From Leucoraja erinacea (lineage: Eukaryota), in NCBI RefSeq assembly GCF_028641065.1, contig NC_073397.1, positions 13,082,001 through 13,146,000 on the forward strand: a stretch of 64,000 nucleotides of DNA. Direction: 5' to 3'. Shown here piece after piece: positions 23,675-36,410 of the stretch. How positions within the stretch are numbered: the stretch's first letter is position 1; each line of letters starts with the position of its first letter. The position numbers and the translations under genes are program-made. The notes below the pieces were generated by a model that ran no database searches, was not told the origin of the DNA, and worked only from the letters and a program-made list of their open reading frames with translations.

Positions 23675-24792
23675 TAGAACATAGAAACTTGCAGCACACG
23701 AACAGAACCTTCAGCTCATGATGTTGGTGCCGAACATGATGTCAGGTTAAACTAATCTTCGCCTGCATGGGTTCCATATCCCTTCATTCTTAGTTTAGTT
23801 TGGTTTAGAGATACAGCGTGAAATCAGACCCTTCGGTGCACCGACACCGCGCCAATCAACGATCACCCCCGTGCACTAACGCTATCCATCACACACGAGG
23901 GACAATGTACAATTTTACCAAGCCAATTAGCCTACAAACCTCTTTGGAGTGTGGGAGAAATCTGGAGAACCCGAAGAAAACTCGCACAGGTCACAAGGAG
24001 AGCGTACGAACCACACAGACAGCATCCATAGTCAGGATGGAACCCGGCTCTCCGGCGCTGTAAAGCAGCAACTCTACCGCTGCGCTGTTGTGCCGTCATT
24101 CTTTGCATATCCAAGCGCCTGTCTAAAAATCCGCCAAAACCCCACTATTGTATCTGTCTCCATCAGCACCCAGGCAGCACATTCCACTCACTCACCAATC
24201 TTTATGTTAAAAAGTTGCTCGGCACATCTGCTTTAAACTTTAAAATGCATTTGCCCACCCTCTCCAAATGCATTTCGTTGTCTCTGTACTGTACACTGAC
24301 AATGACAATTAAATTGAATCTGAAACTTTGCCTTCTCATCTTAAAGATTTGCCATCGAGTCCCTGACAAGCTGAAATGGGCAAAAGGTTCTGACTCTCTA
24401 TCCTGTCTACACCTCTCATCATTTTATGTATTTTTTATCAGGACTTTCCTCAGCCTCCGAAAAATCAGAGAAAACGATCTAAGTTTGCCCAACCTCTCCT
24501 CTTATGGTTAATATACTTAAATCTAGGCAGCATTCTGGTAATTCACTTCCCCAGCCAACAATGGGCCATAATGTCTCCACCACCTCTACTTCCAGCCTGG
24601 AGGAGGGTTCCGACCCGAAACATCACCTATCGTTTTTCTTCAAAGATGCTGCCTGACCCGCTGAGTTACTTTGTGTCCATCTTCAGCAGTCTGGTCAACT
24701 TCTGCAGCACCCTCTCCAAAAGCCTCTTACATCTTTTCTGTAATGGAGTGACCCAAACTGCACACAATGATCCAAATGCGTTCTAACCAAAG
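23675..24792 (-). mobile_element. Antisense CR1 fragment interrupted by an HE1 SINE (23790-24095, -), a short Rex1-type tail and a Penelope-linked repeat
   Basis: CR1 antisense motifs resume after each insertion; the same CR1 continues at ~25430. Confidence 0.7.
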
Positions 24793-25429
24793 ATAGACCC
24801 AAAAAGCTGGAGTAACTCAGCAGGACAGGCAGCATCTCTGGAGAGAAGGAATGTGTGATGTTTCAGTTTGAGACCCTTCTTCAGGCTGGTTAAGGATAAG
24901 GGAAACATGAGATATAGATGGTGATGTGGAGAGATAAAGAACAATGAATGAAAGATATGCAAAAAAAGTAACGATGATAAAGGAAACAGGCCATTGTAAG
25001 CTGTTTGTTGGGTGAAAATGAGAAGTTAGTGTGACTTGGGTGGGAGAGGGATAGAAAGAGAGGGAATGCCGGGATTACCTGAAGTGAGAGAAATCAATAT
25101 TCATACCACTGGACTGTAAACTGCCCAAGTCAAAATTTGCGTTTAGCCTCACTCTGACAATGGAGGAGACTGAGGGCAGAAAGATCTGTGTAGAAATGGG
25201 AAGGAGAATTAAAGTGTCCAGCAACCGGGAGATCAGGTTGGTTCACGCGGGCTAAGTGAAGGTGTTCCGTGAGACGATCGCCCAGTTTGTGTTTGGTTTT
25301 GCCGATGTTTACAAGTCTACATCTTGAACAACGGATGCAGTAGATGAGGTTGGAGAAAGTGCAAGTGAACCTCTGCCTAACCTGAGAGGACTGTCGGGGT
25401 CTGTGGACAGGGTCGAGGGAGGAGGTATA
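24793..25429 (-). mobile_element. 5'-truncated Penelope-like element: GIY-YIG endonuclease remnant, 3'UTR and hammerhead-bearing terminal repeat
   Basis: Imperfect 15-bp TSD GCGTTCTAACCAAAG (24778-24792) / GCGGTCTAACCTAAG (25430-25444). Terminal part reads gcCTGAAGAagggtctcaaactGAAAcatcac on the minus strand. Confidence 0.9.
25075..25429 (-). pseudogene. Penelope GIY-YIG endonuclease domain remnant
   Basis: QRFTCTFSNLIYCIRCSRCRLVNIGKTKHKLGDRLTEH...VAGHFN...HCQSEAKRK, then after a deletion/frameshift LGSLQSSGMNIDFSHFR*. Matches the PLE pattern C..SN.IY.I.C..C...YIG.T...L..R..EH and the C-terminal G.N motif. Confidence 0.9.
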
Positions 25430-25594
25430 GCGGTCTAACCTAAGTTCGACAAGGCTGCAACATGACTTCCTGGTTCTTATATGTGTGGAAGTCGTGAACA
25501 AAATAAAAGCTATGCTCACTTGCAAATTACCATAGCTTTCCAAAGCTTAGACAGTTCTACTTGGGCTGGCAGGATATGTTGGCTTGGAGCAAAC

Positions 25595-25690
25595 ATCTGA
25601 AGAAGGGTTTCGGCGAGAAACGTTGCCTATTTCCTTTGCTCCATAGATGCTGCTGTACCCGCTGAGTTTCTCCAGCATTTTTGTGTACCA
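25595..25690 (+). mobile_element. Penelope-linked hammerhead-bearing repeat
   Basis: tCTGAAGAagggtttcggcgaGAAAcgttgcctatttcc...gctgagtttctccagc. Confidence 0.8.
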
Positions 25691-25784
25691 TCAATGTGAC
25701 TATATTCTTAGTGACTTAATGTTGAACATTCCCTGGCATGGTCACAAAAGCCAGAAAGTCTCCAGAAAATTTAGAAATATCCAA

Positions 25785-26233
25785 TGGGGATAGAGCGGGG
25801 AGATGGCAGGAAGTAGGTGGAGATAACTTTTAAGAAGCCAGAGATACACGGCTGCGAAGTTTGGCGGACATTTGACATTACTGGATGGTTATCCTTGGTT
25901 CTGAAAACTACTGCTTACCTTTTTTTCCCCCAATGAGCCAATGAAATTCACCGGTCAGTACTGGCTACAACCCCAGAGAACCTCTGCGAACCTTTGACCT
26001 CCTGACAACCCATTAGGACCTCCTGGCGACCCGCCTACGGCACGAGAATTCTCGCTACTCTCCATGGCCGCTTCATTCTAGTTGCCGCTAGTTTTTCAAC
26101 ATGTTGAAAAATTCGCGGCGACCATAATGAGGCCGCGACTAGTTCCCAGAATGCGGGAACTCCTCGCGACCATGGTGGCGACTGCATAGTCTCCTGCAGT
26201 CGCCTAAAAAGTTGTCTAAGTGGGACAGGACCA
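25785..26233. mobile_element. PIF/Harbinger-type MITE, one terminus only
   Basis: Ends AAGTGGGACAGGACCA + TTA. Collinear with 46480-46934. Confidence 0.75.
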
Positions 26234-26456
26234 TTAGAACTGAATTCTTCTGAAAATGCGATCAGTCCTGTACATATCGAGGACATTGACATGCACATGG
26301 AGGAAACTAGAAGCTGGGGGGAAACTTGTGTGGCCATAGGGAGAATGTCTGAACTCCCCACAAACAGTACTGGAAGTCTGGATTGAAGCTGATTATCTGG
26401 GGCTTTGTGAGAGCAGCACCAACTGCTCTGTGACTGAAATCAAACATATATTGTAA

Positions 26457-26660
26457 TGATAGACACAAATTGCTGGAGTAACTCAGATGGTCAGGCACCA
26501 TCTCTGAAGAAAAAGGATGGGTGATATTTCGGGTCGGTCGTCCCAACCTGAAATGTCACTCATCCTTTTTCTCCAGAAATGCTGCCTGTGTTATTGTGTT
26601 ACTCCAGCACTTTGTGTCTATTGTTGGTATAAACCACCATATGCAGTTCTTTGTTCTATA
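26457..26660. mobile_element. Penelope-linked fold-back repeat
   Basis: gacacaaattgctggagtaac ... gttactccagcactttgtgtc inverted arms. Confidence 0.75.
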
Positions 26661-27592
26661 CATTATTTCATTCATGGGAAGTCAAAACTAGGGTCCATAA
26701 ATGCTAGAGTCACTGATGATTTAACAAATAATTATGGAGAAAATATTTGATAGAATGGTGAATGTGCAAAATTTGCAATCATTGGAATAGATAAGATGAA
26801 CAGAAGAGAGGCATTGGAAGATAATACATGAGAGAGAAAGTAAGGTTAGAGAGAAATGCAGATGGGGGTTCATTGATTTAGGACATTGATGAACCCATCC
26901 GAGAGACCAAATGCCCTGGTTCCGTGTTGTAGATTCTTGGCAATCAATATTATTCCATGTAATATAATTGTAGTTCATTGGAGTCAATGGAATGAATTTC
27001 TGAGGCAGAGTCAAACACAATGACCTGTACACACAGCATATTTATTGCACCTACCTGGTATGGATTTCTTGGCAAATAATCTCAGAGAGAAAATTAATAA
27101 TGACATTTTAGTAGAACAGTTTTTACTCCTTGTTTTAATTCAGCAAATCTAAATTTCCTAAGGTCACTATATTATGCGGACAGACATCACATTTTCTGTG
27201 CTGGACTTTGTCAATAACCTAGTGAGATATTTCCGTGTTAAATGGGAGGATTCTATGGCTGTGGAGTTGTTTCTGCATCTATTAAAAGTCCCCATCAATC
27301 TTTCAAAGAATGTGATGCAATTTTTGATTAGAATATTGAAATTTATTGCAGGTCCGAAGTTTTGGGTTCACCATAAAGAGAAAGAGAAAATCTTTGGAAA
27401 TATGGAAGGAATGCAAGTTCTGGTCATGATAGACTGTATGGTGTATTGATGCCACTTATATATTCTGACTAACTTGTATGTTGTTGACCAAGTAATGGAT
27501 GTTACATTGGATCCAATATATAGTTTTGATAGAAGGAGGTGTTTCAGGATGTTAATCATAAATGTCTCACATTTCCATTTGCTTGGTTTGAT

Positions 27593-27687
27593 AGGTACAC
27601 AAATATGCTGGACAAACTCAGCGGGTGCAGCAGCATCTATGGAGTGAAGGAAATAGGCAACGTTTCGGGCCGAAACCCTTCTTCAGA
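27593..27687 (-). mobile_element. Penelope-linked repeat with 11-bp TSD
   Basis: TSD CTTGGTTTGAT at 27582-27592 and 27688-27698. Confidence 0.85.
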
Positions 27688-27689
27688 CT
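27656..27689 (-). ncRNA. Minimal type-I hammerhead ribozyme motif (best-preserved copy), predicted
   Basis: Minus strand AGT CTGAAGA A GGGT-TTCG-GCCC GAAA CG TT GCC: CUGANGA box, stem II with UUCG loop, GAAA box, palindromic AACGTT stem III. Confidence 0.7.
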
Positions 27690-28127
27690 TGGTTTGATGG
27701 TTTGGCACAAGCTATTCACTCTTTAGCAGCACCCTTGTGCATTTAGAGATCGACACAAGCATTGGTTGTAAAACACATTATGATAGGAATTCATTTATCG
27801 GATCATGCTTTAAACATAAGTAAGTGGTGTGCTCTGAATTGCATATATCCATTTCAATGGAACTTAATTTCAGATATAGAGAGATCAACTCATGTACACT
27901 GTTATATTGCAAGCACTGAACATAGAGTCAAGGACAAGTCTTCATCCCAGTGTTTCACACTCCGTGTGAAGATCAATTTAATAATTTTTTTCATGAATGA
28001 ATCCATGACTATGACCGAGTCAACAACATGATATATTAAATAATGGAAATCTCACATTGAAAAATATGCAAAGTGCACTCTTTGTCACCTGTAATGTAGC
28101 TTTAGCCATTGCCAATAAGTTCGTGTT

Positions 28128-29112
28128 ATAAGGTCAGGTCATAAGGTCATAAGTGATAGGAGTAGAATTAGGCCATTCGGCCCATCAGGTTTACTCCACC
28201 ATTCAATCATGGCTGATCTATCTCTCCCTCCTAACCCCATTCTCTTGCCTTCTCCCCATAACCTCTGACACCTGTACTAATCAAGAATCTATCTATCTTT
28301 ACCTTAAAAATATCCACTGACTTGGCCTCCACAACATTCTACGGCAACGAATTTCACAGATTCGTCACCCTCTGACTAAAGATATTCATCAGTCATGGCA
28401 CGCAGCGGTAGAGTTGCTGCCTTACAGCGTATGCAGCGCCGGAGACCCAGGTTCGATCCTGACTACAGGTGCTGCCTGTACAGAGTTTGTATGTTCTCCC
28501 TGTGACCTGCGTGGGTTTTCTCCGAGTTCTTCAGATTCCTCCCACACCCCAAAGATGTACAGGCATGTAGGTTAATTGGCTTGGTAAATGTAAAAATTGT
28601 CCCTAGTGGGTGTAGGATAGTGTTAACGTGCGGGGATCGCTGGTCGGCGCTGACCCGATGGGCTGAAGGGTCTGTTTCCGCGCTGTATCTCTAATCTAAA
28701 CTAAACTAAACATTCCTCATTAAAAAACCTTCCTTCCTAAAGTTTTAATTTTGCCGTTCTTTCAAATTCTCCCCTTTAACCCTGTCTCCCCTTTAAGGCG
28801 ACACGGTGACGCAGTGGTAGAGCTACAGCCTTACAGTGCCAGAGACCCGGGTTCGATCCTGACGACGGATATTTGTCTGTACGGCATCTGTATGTTCTCC
28901 CTGTGACCTGCGTGGGTTTTCTCTGAGATCTTCGGTTTTCTCCCACACTATAAAGATGAACAGGTTTGTAGGTTAATTGGCTTGGCATAAATGCAAATTA
29001 AAATTGTCCGTAGTACGTGTAGCATAGCGGTAATGTGCGGGAATCGCTGGTCGGTGTGGACTCGGTGGGTCGAAGGGCCTGTTTCTGCTCTGTATCTCGA
29101 AACTAGACTAAA
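28128..29112. mobile_element. Antisense CR1 3' fragment (28128-28390) plus two + strand HE1 SINEs (28395-28710, 28796-29112)
   Basis: (ATAAGGTC)n antisense tail; two SINE heads, V-domains and (CTAAA)n tails. Confidence 0.85.
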
Positions 29113-30704
29113 CATTTAAGATGGAGACTGCTGGCTTCATACTGAATGGAACATGCCATTATTTGGCCTGGGAATCAAATCAATCAATGAATTATCTTGA
29201 AAAAAAAGACCAGAAAATGCTATAAACACTCAGGAGACCAAACAGCTTCTGTGGGGTGAGAAGCGCAATTGATGTTTCAATTTCATTACCTCAAATAAAA
29301 GAGGGCCATATGGGGCAAAAACACCAAACAATTTGAAAAGAAAATGAGCGATTCAGCTGTTTAACTGAATTTCACAGCTTGGTCCAAATAAATCTTTGCT
29401 AAATGACCCCATTTAAAATTCAAGGCTTAAGCTAATTCTCAGTCACACATTTGCCTGGAGCAAGGTTAGGCATTCCCTAACACTAACGGTGTGCTTTCCT
29501 TTTATTGTCTCTCTATTCAATAGAAAAAGTCAAGTTGCAGAAAAGAAGAAATGTCAGCAAAAGGATAGATTTGCCTCCTTATTTTATAAGGGCTATTGTG
29601 GGTTCAGACAGTTTATTGTTTATACCTCGAGGATTTTGGACGGATGCAGCTTCAATCTATTCTTTCCCTTTATTTTTCCCGATCTCATTATAACTAAATG
29701 TGATCTGTTCCTTGTTGTTCCCGATGTAAACAAGACTCTTGATCTTTTTGCCTTCCCCTGCAGATAATTCATTAAGATGGCAGGTAGCTCGAATCCATCT
29801 CTCTTCAGTCATCAATATTTCATAAACTACAGTGACAAATTTATTTTAATGTGCTTCACAGCAGCTGGTGATTGATCAGAGGCTCAAAAATATGACACGT
29901 TTCAAAGCGGGATATTCATGGAGTATTTTAGTGAATACATTAGTCAGTGGAATGGTGAGTGAATTTATCATAGTTATGGGTCTCAGATCCATCCATTTTG
30001 TTTAGCAAATGACAGCTGCTATCTGCATGACGATATTGATTGAGTGCTAGGGTTCATCTTCAACCACATCTAGTTAGTGCAGTTTGTATGAAATTAATAT
30101 AATATGGAAGACTGAAGTGAGAACAATCAGTGCACGGCTGAATTATTGATTAATAATGTCAGAAAAATATAACATCGCACTATTAAAAGTACAAGTTGTA
30201 TAGCTTGCCCGTTTCCTCCTCAATTTTTCCTCCTTATTCATAAAATATTGAGGCAAGTAAATGAGACCTGATGTGTCTCGTTCAGCGGGACGTTCGGCTT
30301 GCCACGGTCCCTGCTGCTTCCATTTAACAAGGTAAAGAAGCCCTTGCCATCTTCAATTTTGTATTGAGCGAGCAACCTAAGCACACTAACAAAGGGAGCA
30401 AACGGGCAGAACCGTACAAGGGGAGTTTCTTTAGTCTGGGCGTTTTAAAATGGGTATGTTATTTATGAACCCAGAAAGAAGTATGCTTGTGTATATCACA
30501 CCTTGCAGTGGTGATTTGTGGAGAGCCCTGACTGAATCTCCCTTTTTGTAATCCACTTTCATTGCTTCCTACCCCACTATTCCTGAATATGTTGATCGGA
30601 GGAGAAATTGAATCAAATGGAGAGGCCTAACACCTCACCACCTGCTCCATCAAAACTACAGAAATCATATTGTAGTAATTACATAATGTTTTCAAACATG
30701 ATGC

Positions 30705-31420
30705 ATATAAGTTCACAAGTTCTTACGTTATAGGAGCAGAATTAGACCATTCAGCCCTTCAAGTCTACTGGTCCATTCAATCATGGCTGATCGATCTTTC
30801 CCTCTCAACCCCTTTGTCCTGTCACCTCCCTGTAACCCCTCTGTAACCCCTGACACCCATGCTAATCAATCAATCAATCAATCAATAGGGTGCAGCAGCA
30901 TCTATGGAGCGAAGGAAATGGGCAACGTTTCGGGCCGAAATGTTGCCCATTTCCTTCGCTCCATAGATGCTGCACCACCCGCTGAGTTTCTCCAGCTTTT
31001 TTGTCTACCTTCGATTTTCCAGCATCTGCAGTTCCTTCTTAAACAATCAATCTATCAATCCCTGCCTTAAAAATATCCATTGAGTTGGCTTTTACAGTCT
31101 TCTGTGGCAATGAATTACACAGATTCACCAACTTCTGACTCCTTTCTAAAATACATCTTTTTATTCTGAGGCTATGGCCTCTGGTCCTAGACTCTCCCAC
31201 CAGTGGAAACGTTCTCTCCACATTTCCTCAATCCAGGCCTTGCATATTTCAGTAAGTTTCAATGAGGTCCCCTCTCACCCTTCTAAACTCCAATGAGAAC
31301 AGACCCCGTGCCGTAATACGCTCATTATATGTAAACTCAATCATTCCTGCTATCATTCTCATAAACCTCCTGTGGACCCTCTCCAGCACCAACACATCCT
31401 TCCTCAGATACGGGGCCTAA
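30705..31420 (-). mobile_element. CR1 3' fragment with nested Penelope-linked fold-back (30887-31045)
   Basis: Antisense ESRTRGHSLRIK motif; inverted arms gcagcatctatggagcgaaggaaatgggcaac / gttgcccatttccttcgctccatagatgctgc. Confidence 0.85.
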
Positions 31421-32929
31421 AAGTGGCAAGAATTTAGCCCAGCAAACTAGAGGATAATTCCTTCCTCAATCAACCTTGGTGAACAGACTGCTGTAGATGG
31501 GTGTGATTGATTTTACAGTCCATCTCTCTCCACCTCCCTACCCAATAATCATTCAGCATGTGAAGGGCATATGTACAATTTGTGTATAAACTGCAGCTGT
31601 TTAAAGTATCCCACCAAAGTACGAGCTCAGGCATATGTTCCCAAGAAAACACTTTCTGATACGCTGCCAAACTACTGGTTTGTTGAATACAACAGAGTTT
31701 CAGTTATTTACTGCTTTCACAGAGGTAAAAACTCATTAGGACACCAAAGGCTGGAGTAACTCCGCAGGTCAGGCAGTATCTCTGGAGAACATGGATAGGC
31801 GACGTTTGGGGTCAAGACCCTTCTTCAGACACAAGAATATGTTCCATTACTTTGTATCCCTGTCATCATATCCCCAATTTCCCCCACTGAACATAATTTA
31901 TCTTTTATTCTTTTTAGGTTCGGGATTCCTCTCCTTAATACTACAAGACAAAATCATTTAACTCATATGCAGCTTCCATGCAGCAGTATCATTGACATAG
32001 ACACAAAATGCTGCAGTAGGTTCCCTCCTACACACTGAATCATTGACATGTTGCTTTAAGCTCTCTTGGTCCTTGTAAAATGTAAGAAGCTTGTCCATCA
32101 TGTATTGTGCCTGCAATCTGTATTAACAAAAGCAGGACAGCATCAAAGCTACCACTTAACGCCCAAACTGTCAACATTCATAACATTATTGTCCCTCTCA
32201 TCTAGGAGAAGAAAGGATTTGGAAATGATACATGCGATTCTTTCTTTGGCCAGTATTAGAAGAGATGACAGTTAGAAAAAGAGCATCCTTTTCTTCCTAC
32301 TGATTTCAGCTGCAGAGACCTAGTAATAAGTGGTTTGATTATTGTCAGGACATTTCCGTTTTAAAAAGAACTGTGTGAAATATAATTTTGTCTCTGCCTG
32401 AACTGAGATTACTGCCGGGAACCCAGTTGATCGTGCTCTCTGAGACTACTTGTAGTTATTGGTGTTACTCTCAGATAATATGTTGTATAATTGATTATAT
32501 TTAAATAGCCGAAAGAAGAAAGACAGTAGGATACAAGGAACCACGGACGCTGGTCTGCAAAAAAAGACACAAAGTGCTGGAGTAGCTGAACGGGTTAGGC
32601 AGCGACTCTGTAGCGCATGAAAGGTGATGTTTCGGGCCAGGACCCTCCTTCAGACTGATGGAAGATTAAGAAGGAACATGGGTTGCTGGAGCAAGATTAG
32701 TAGCATGTGTTTAGTTGGTGGGTGAGATGAAGAACAGGAATTCTCAATTTGTCCTGTCTTTAAAGACCAGTGGAAGCTGGAGTGATAGGGGTTAACGTTT
32801 TCCTTCAGGATTTCTCCATCGCTGTATATTATGTGCAAGCATCATTGCCAATATTCCTTCAGATTCGTAACTTAACTTAGCTTTCGGCTCAGATAGGATA
32901 CATACGTGAGCAGATATTTGATAGGGAAT

Positions 32930-33455
32930 AACTTAGACTTTAGACTTTACTTTTACCTTACACTTCATAGATACAGCGCAGACTCAGGCCGTTCATCCCA
33001 CTGAGTCCATGCTGATCAGCGATCACCCCATACATTAGTACTCTCATACATACTAGGAACAATTTACATTTTTTTAAATCCGAAGCCAAATAACCTACAT
33101 AGAAACATAGAAACATAGAAAATAGGTGCAGGAGTAGGCCATTCGGCCCTTCGAGCCTGCACCGCCATTCAATATGATCATGGCTGATCATCCAACTCAG
33201 TATCCTGTACCTGCGTTCTCTCCATACCCCCTGATCCCTTTAGCCACAAAGGCCACATCTAACTCCCTCTTAAATATAGCCAACAAACTGGCCTCAACAT
33301 ATACAATGTACATGTCTTTGTAGTGTGGGACGAAATAGGAGCAAACCCACGTGATCACAAGGAGAATGTACAAACTCTGTACGACAGCACCTGTAATCAG
33401 GATTGAACCCGGGACTCTTCGTCTGTAAGGCAACAACTCTACCACTGTACCGCCC
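32930..33455 (-). mobile_element. HE1 SINE interrupted by a CR1 3' fragment (33097-33297)
   Basis: SINE sequence stops at ...ccaaataacct and resumes after the (ACATAGAA)n-tailed CR1 piece. Confidence 0.8.
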
Positions 33456-34059
33456 CAATCAAATGCAGGTTGGTGAAATGCAGTGATCTTAATGGTACCT
33501 TCACTCATGAAAGAAACTCAATAACCTTACCATGGTAGCCCAAGTAAAGGGTGCGTGTGATTTCTAATAACAAGAGCACTGTTAGAAGTTTCTAACTTTT
33601 ACACCTATTTTACATCACAGTTTGGAAGAGCATTTCAAATGGCCTTCTTAACAATGTACAGCATTGTCTTTTCTTTTACTTCCAGCTATGTGGTCCATCA
33701 GAAACTTGGAGTTAATTGTACAAAAAGATTCATACGATTGTCCTTTCTTAGTGACTGCAGAGCTCACAGAAACATAGAAACATAGATAATAGGTGCAGGA
33801 GGAGGCCATTTGGCCCTTCGAGCCTGCACCGCCATTCATTGTAATTTATGGTTGATGACATAGCTCCTATTATAAATTGAGACAAGTTCCTTAGTTTTTT
33901 ACTGGAAAAGTTTGAAAGACAAAAGTTTATTTCCATCTGCTTTCTTATTATCAACTCCATATCTTTTTTGACTTGCTTGCTCAAGTCATATGCAATTAGA
34001 CCAGGATCCAGGCGTTCAGTTAGATGCTAAAATAAACATTCAGGTCTCTTCCAATCTGG

Positions 34060-35117
34060 TGCCAGCATTGGCTGCCAGAGGAGGTGGTGGAGTCAGACAC
34101 TATCACAACATTGAAGAGATATCAAGATAAAATCTTGAAAAGCCAAGGTGTACTGTAGATGGCTACGGACCTAATGTGGACAAATGTGACTTGGTAAAGT
34201 TACATACAGCAGTTGGAATGGATGTGGTGAGCCTGTTTCTGTGCTGTATGAATGTATGTATCTGTGACTGTATTGGCATTAGCTACTCTGAAACAATAGA
34301 GACACAAGGAACTGCAGATGCTGGAATCTTACGTAGAAGACAAAGTGCTGGAGTGACTCAGCAGGTCATGCAGCATCTCTGGAGGACATGGATATGCAAT
34401 GTTTCAACAAAACCTGTCTTCAGTGGTTCTTCTTGGTTCTTGGTTACTTGGTCCTCCAAAATATTCCAACTGGAATTTAAACTGGAGGTGGTGAAGGGAG
34501 GGATTAAGCCAGAAAGGGTTATTGGGAAGAGAGGTGAAGAGGGACAAGAAGAAGGACAAGAAAAGTCGCCCATCCATTTCCTCCAGAGATGCTGTTACCC
34601 CAGCACTCTGTGTTCTAGCTCTGCAGCAATGTCTGTTTATGGTTCCATGTAACTATCTAGGTGGTAAAGGTCTTTCTCTAAACCCTTATCCTTGCCTTTG
34701 ACGCCATTAAGCCTGATCTTACCAAATCTCTGCTCTCTGTCACGATTCCCTCTAAACATAAGTTCATAAATGTATAGGTGATAGGAGCAGAATGAGGTAA
34801 TTCTGCCTATCAAGTCTACTGCACCATTCAATCATGGCTGATTTATCTTTCCCTCTCAATGCCATTCTCTTGCCTTTCCCCGATAACCCCAGCCACCCTT
34901 ATTAATCAAGAATCTATCAATCTTCATCTTAAAAATTCCATGGGGATGGCTTCCACAGTTGTCCTTGGCAATGAATTCCACAGATTCACTACCCTCTGAC
35001 TAAAGAAATTCCTCCTCATCTCCTTTTTAAAGGTACATCCTTTTTTTCCCAGTCTGTGGTCCAAGACGCTACCACTAGTGTAAATATCCTCTCCACATCC
35101 ACTCTATCCAGGCCTTT
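34060..35117. mobile_element. CR1 fragments (+ 34060-34270, - 34757-35117) flanking a Penelope-linked inverted repeat (34300-34620)
   Basis: Recurrent CR1 3'UTR motifs and ggaactgcagatgctgg motifs. Confidence 0.7.
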
Positions 35118-35984
35118 GACGATTTGAAACATTTACACTATTTGCACTATTTCACCTGGCCCTGCAATTGTCATCCTCATTATAAACTCCTGAATGGTCT
35201 TCCATGTAAATTGTTTCTCTGTCTCTGCAAACCCCTCCATTCAGCAAGATCCAATTTTGAGGTCAGGAAATGTTGTCAAAACACACCTTGTCTTACATCA
35301 GTACCTACAGCCTTAAATAAAACCCTTTTCTTCTAAAAAGGTTCTTTTTTTAAACTCTTCCTTTGATCTCTCTCTACCAAACCTATTATACTTGGTATCC
35401 AATTCTCCCCAGTGTAAAAATTCTATGAGATGCTCTTTTATGTGGGAAAGATGCCATCAAAGTAAGTTTTTTGCTGTGGTTCGTGTCGGTAGAGAAATAG
35501 ATTTGCTCAAGGCAAAACCTTGAGAATTAGTTTTTGTGTTAAATTGTAAATGGATTTGTGATAGAATAAGCTCTTTGGAATAAAATGTAACATCAGGGAT
35601 TTCTATTCATGATATTATTCTCTTCATAATATTAAGATGTACATCTTAAACGAATTGGAATAATCAACTGCCTAAACACCCTGCCGTTATAAGATTTTGT
35701 GAGTGCTTGTAAACTTTGAAAAGTGTTTGGAAATGTAACCACAAAACAGGTTATTTTTCATCGTTGGTTGCTGGTGCTTGAATGGAGGTAAAGCATAAGT
35801 TGCTATTGCATTTGTGCCTGTTTTCGGTGAACAAAATAGAAGGGGACATTAGGAAGAGAAGGATCTGAATGAGAGGGCCAACTGTATCATTCTGTAGGAC
35901 AGACAAAAGAACCTTCCTATACATTTGGTTGCTTTTCAACGCAGTGATTCTGAATTTGTCTTCTTGGCAGGATAGCTTTGTATT

Positions 35985-36410
35985 TGGTAGAAACAAAGAA
36001 TTGCAGATTCTGGTTTACCAAGGAAAGGCACAAAATACTTGAGTAACTCAGCAGATCAGGCAGTGATGTTTCGGGTCGAAACCCTTCTTTAGGTTCGGTT
36101 CGTGAACCGAAACGTCACCCATTCCTTCTATCCAAAGATGCTGCCTGAGTTGCTCCAGCATTTTGTGCCTATCTTCGGTTTAAACCAGCATCTGCAGTTC
36201 CCTTCCTACAGATCAGGGATTATCCCTGAAGAACATGAATGAGTGATGTTTCGGGTTGGGACCCTTCTACACACTGAAGAAAGGTCCTGGCCTAAAAGGT
36301 TGCCTATCCATGTACTCTAGAGATGCTGCCTGACCTATTGAGTTACTCCAGTACTTTGTGCAAAGTGCAAACTTTTGTGCAAACCAGCATCTGCAGTTCC
36401 TTGTTTCAAC
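35985..36410. mobile_element. Two nested or adjacent Penelope-linked fold-back repeats
   Basis: Alternating orientations of tgatgtttcgggtcgaaacccttc / ccgaaacgtcaccc and ccagcatctgcagttcc termini. Confidence 0.7.
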
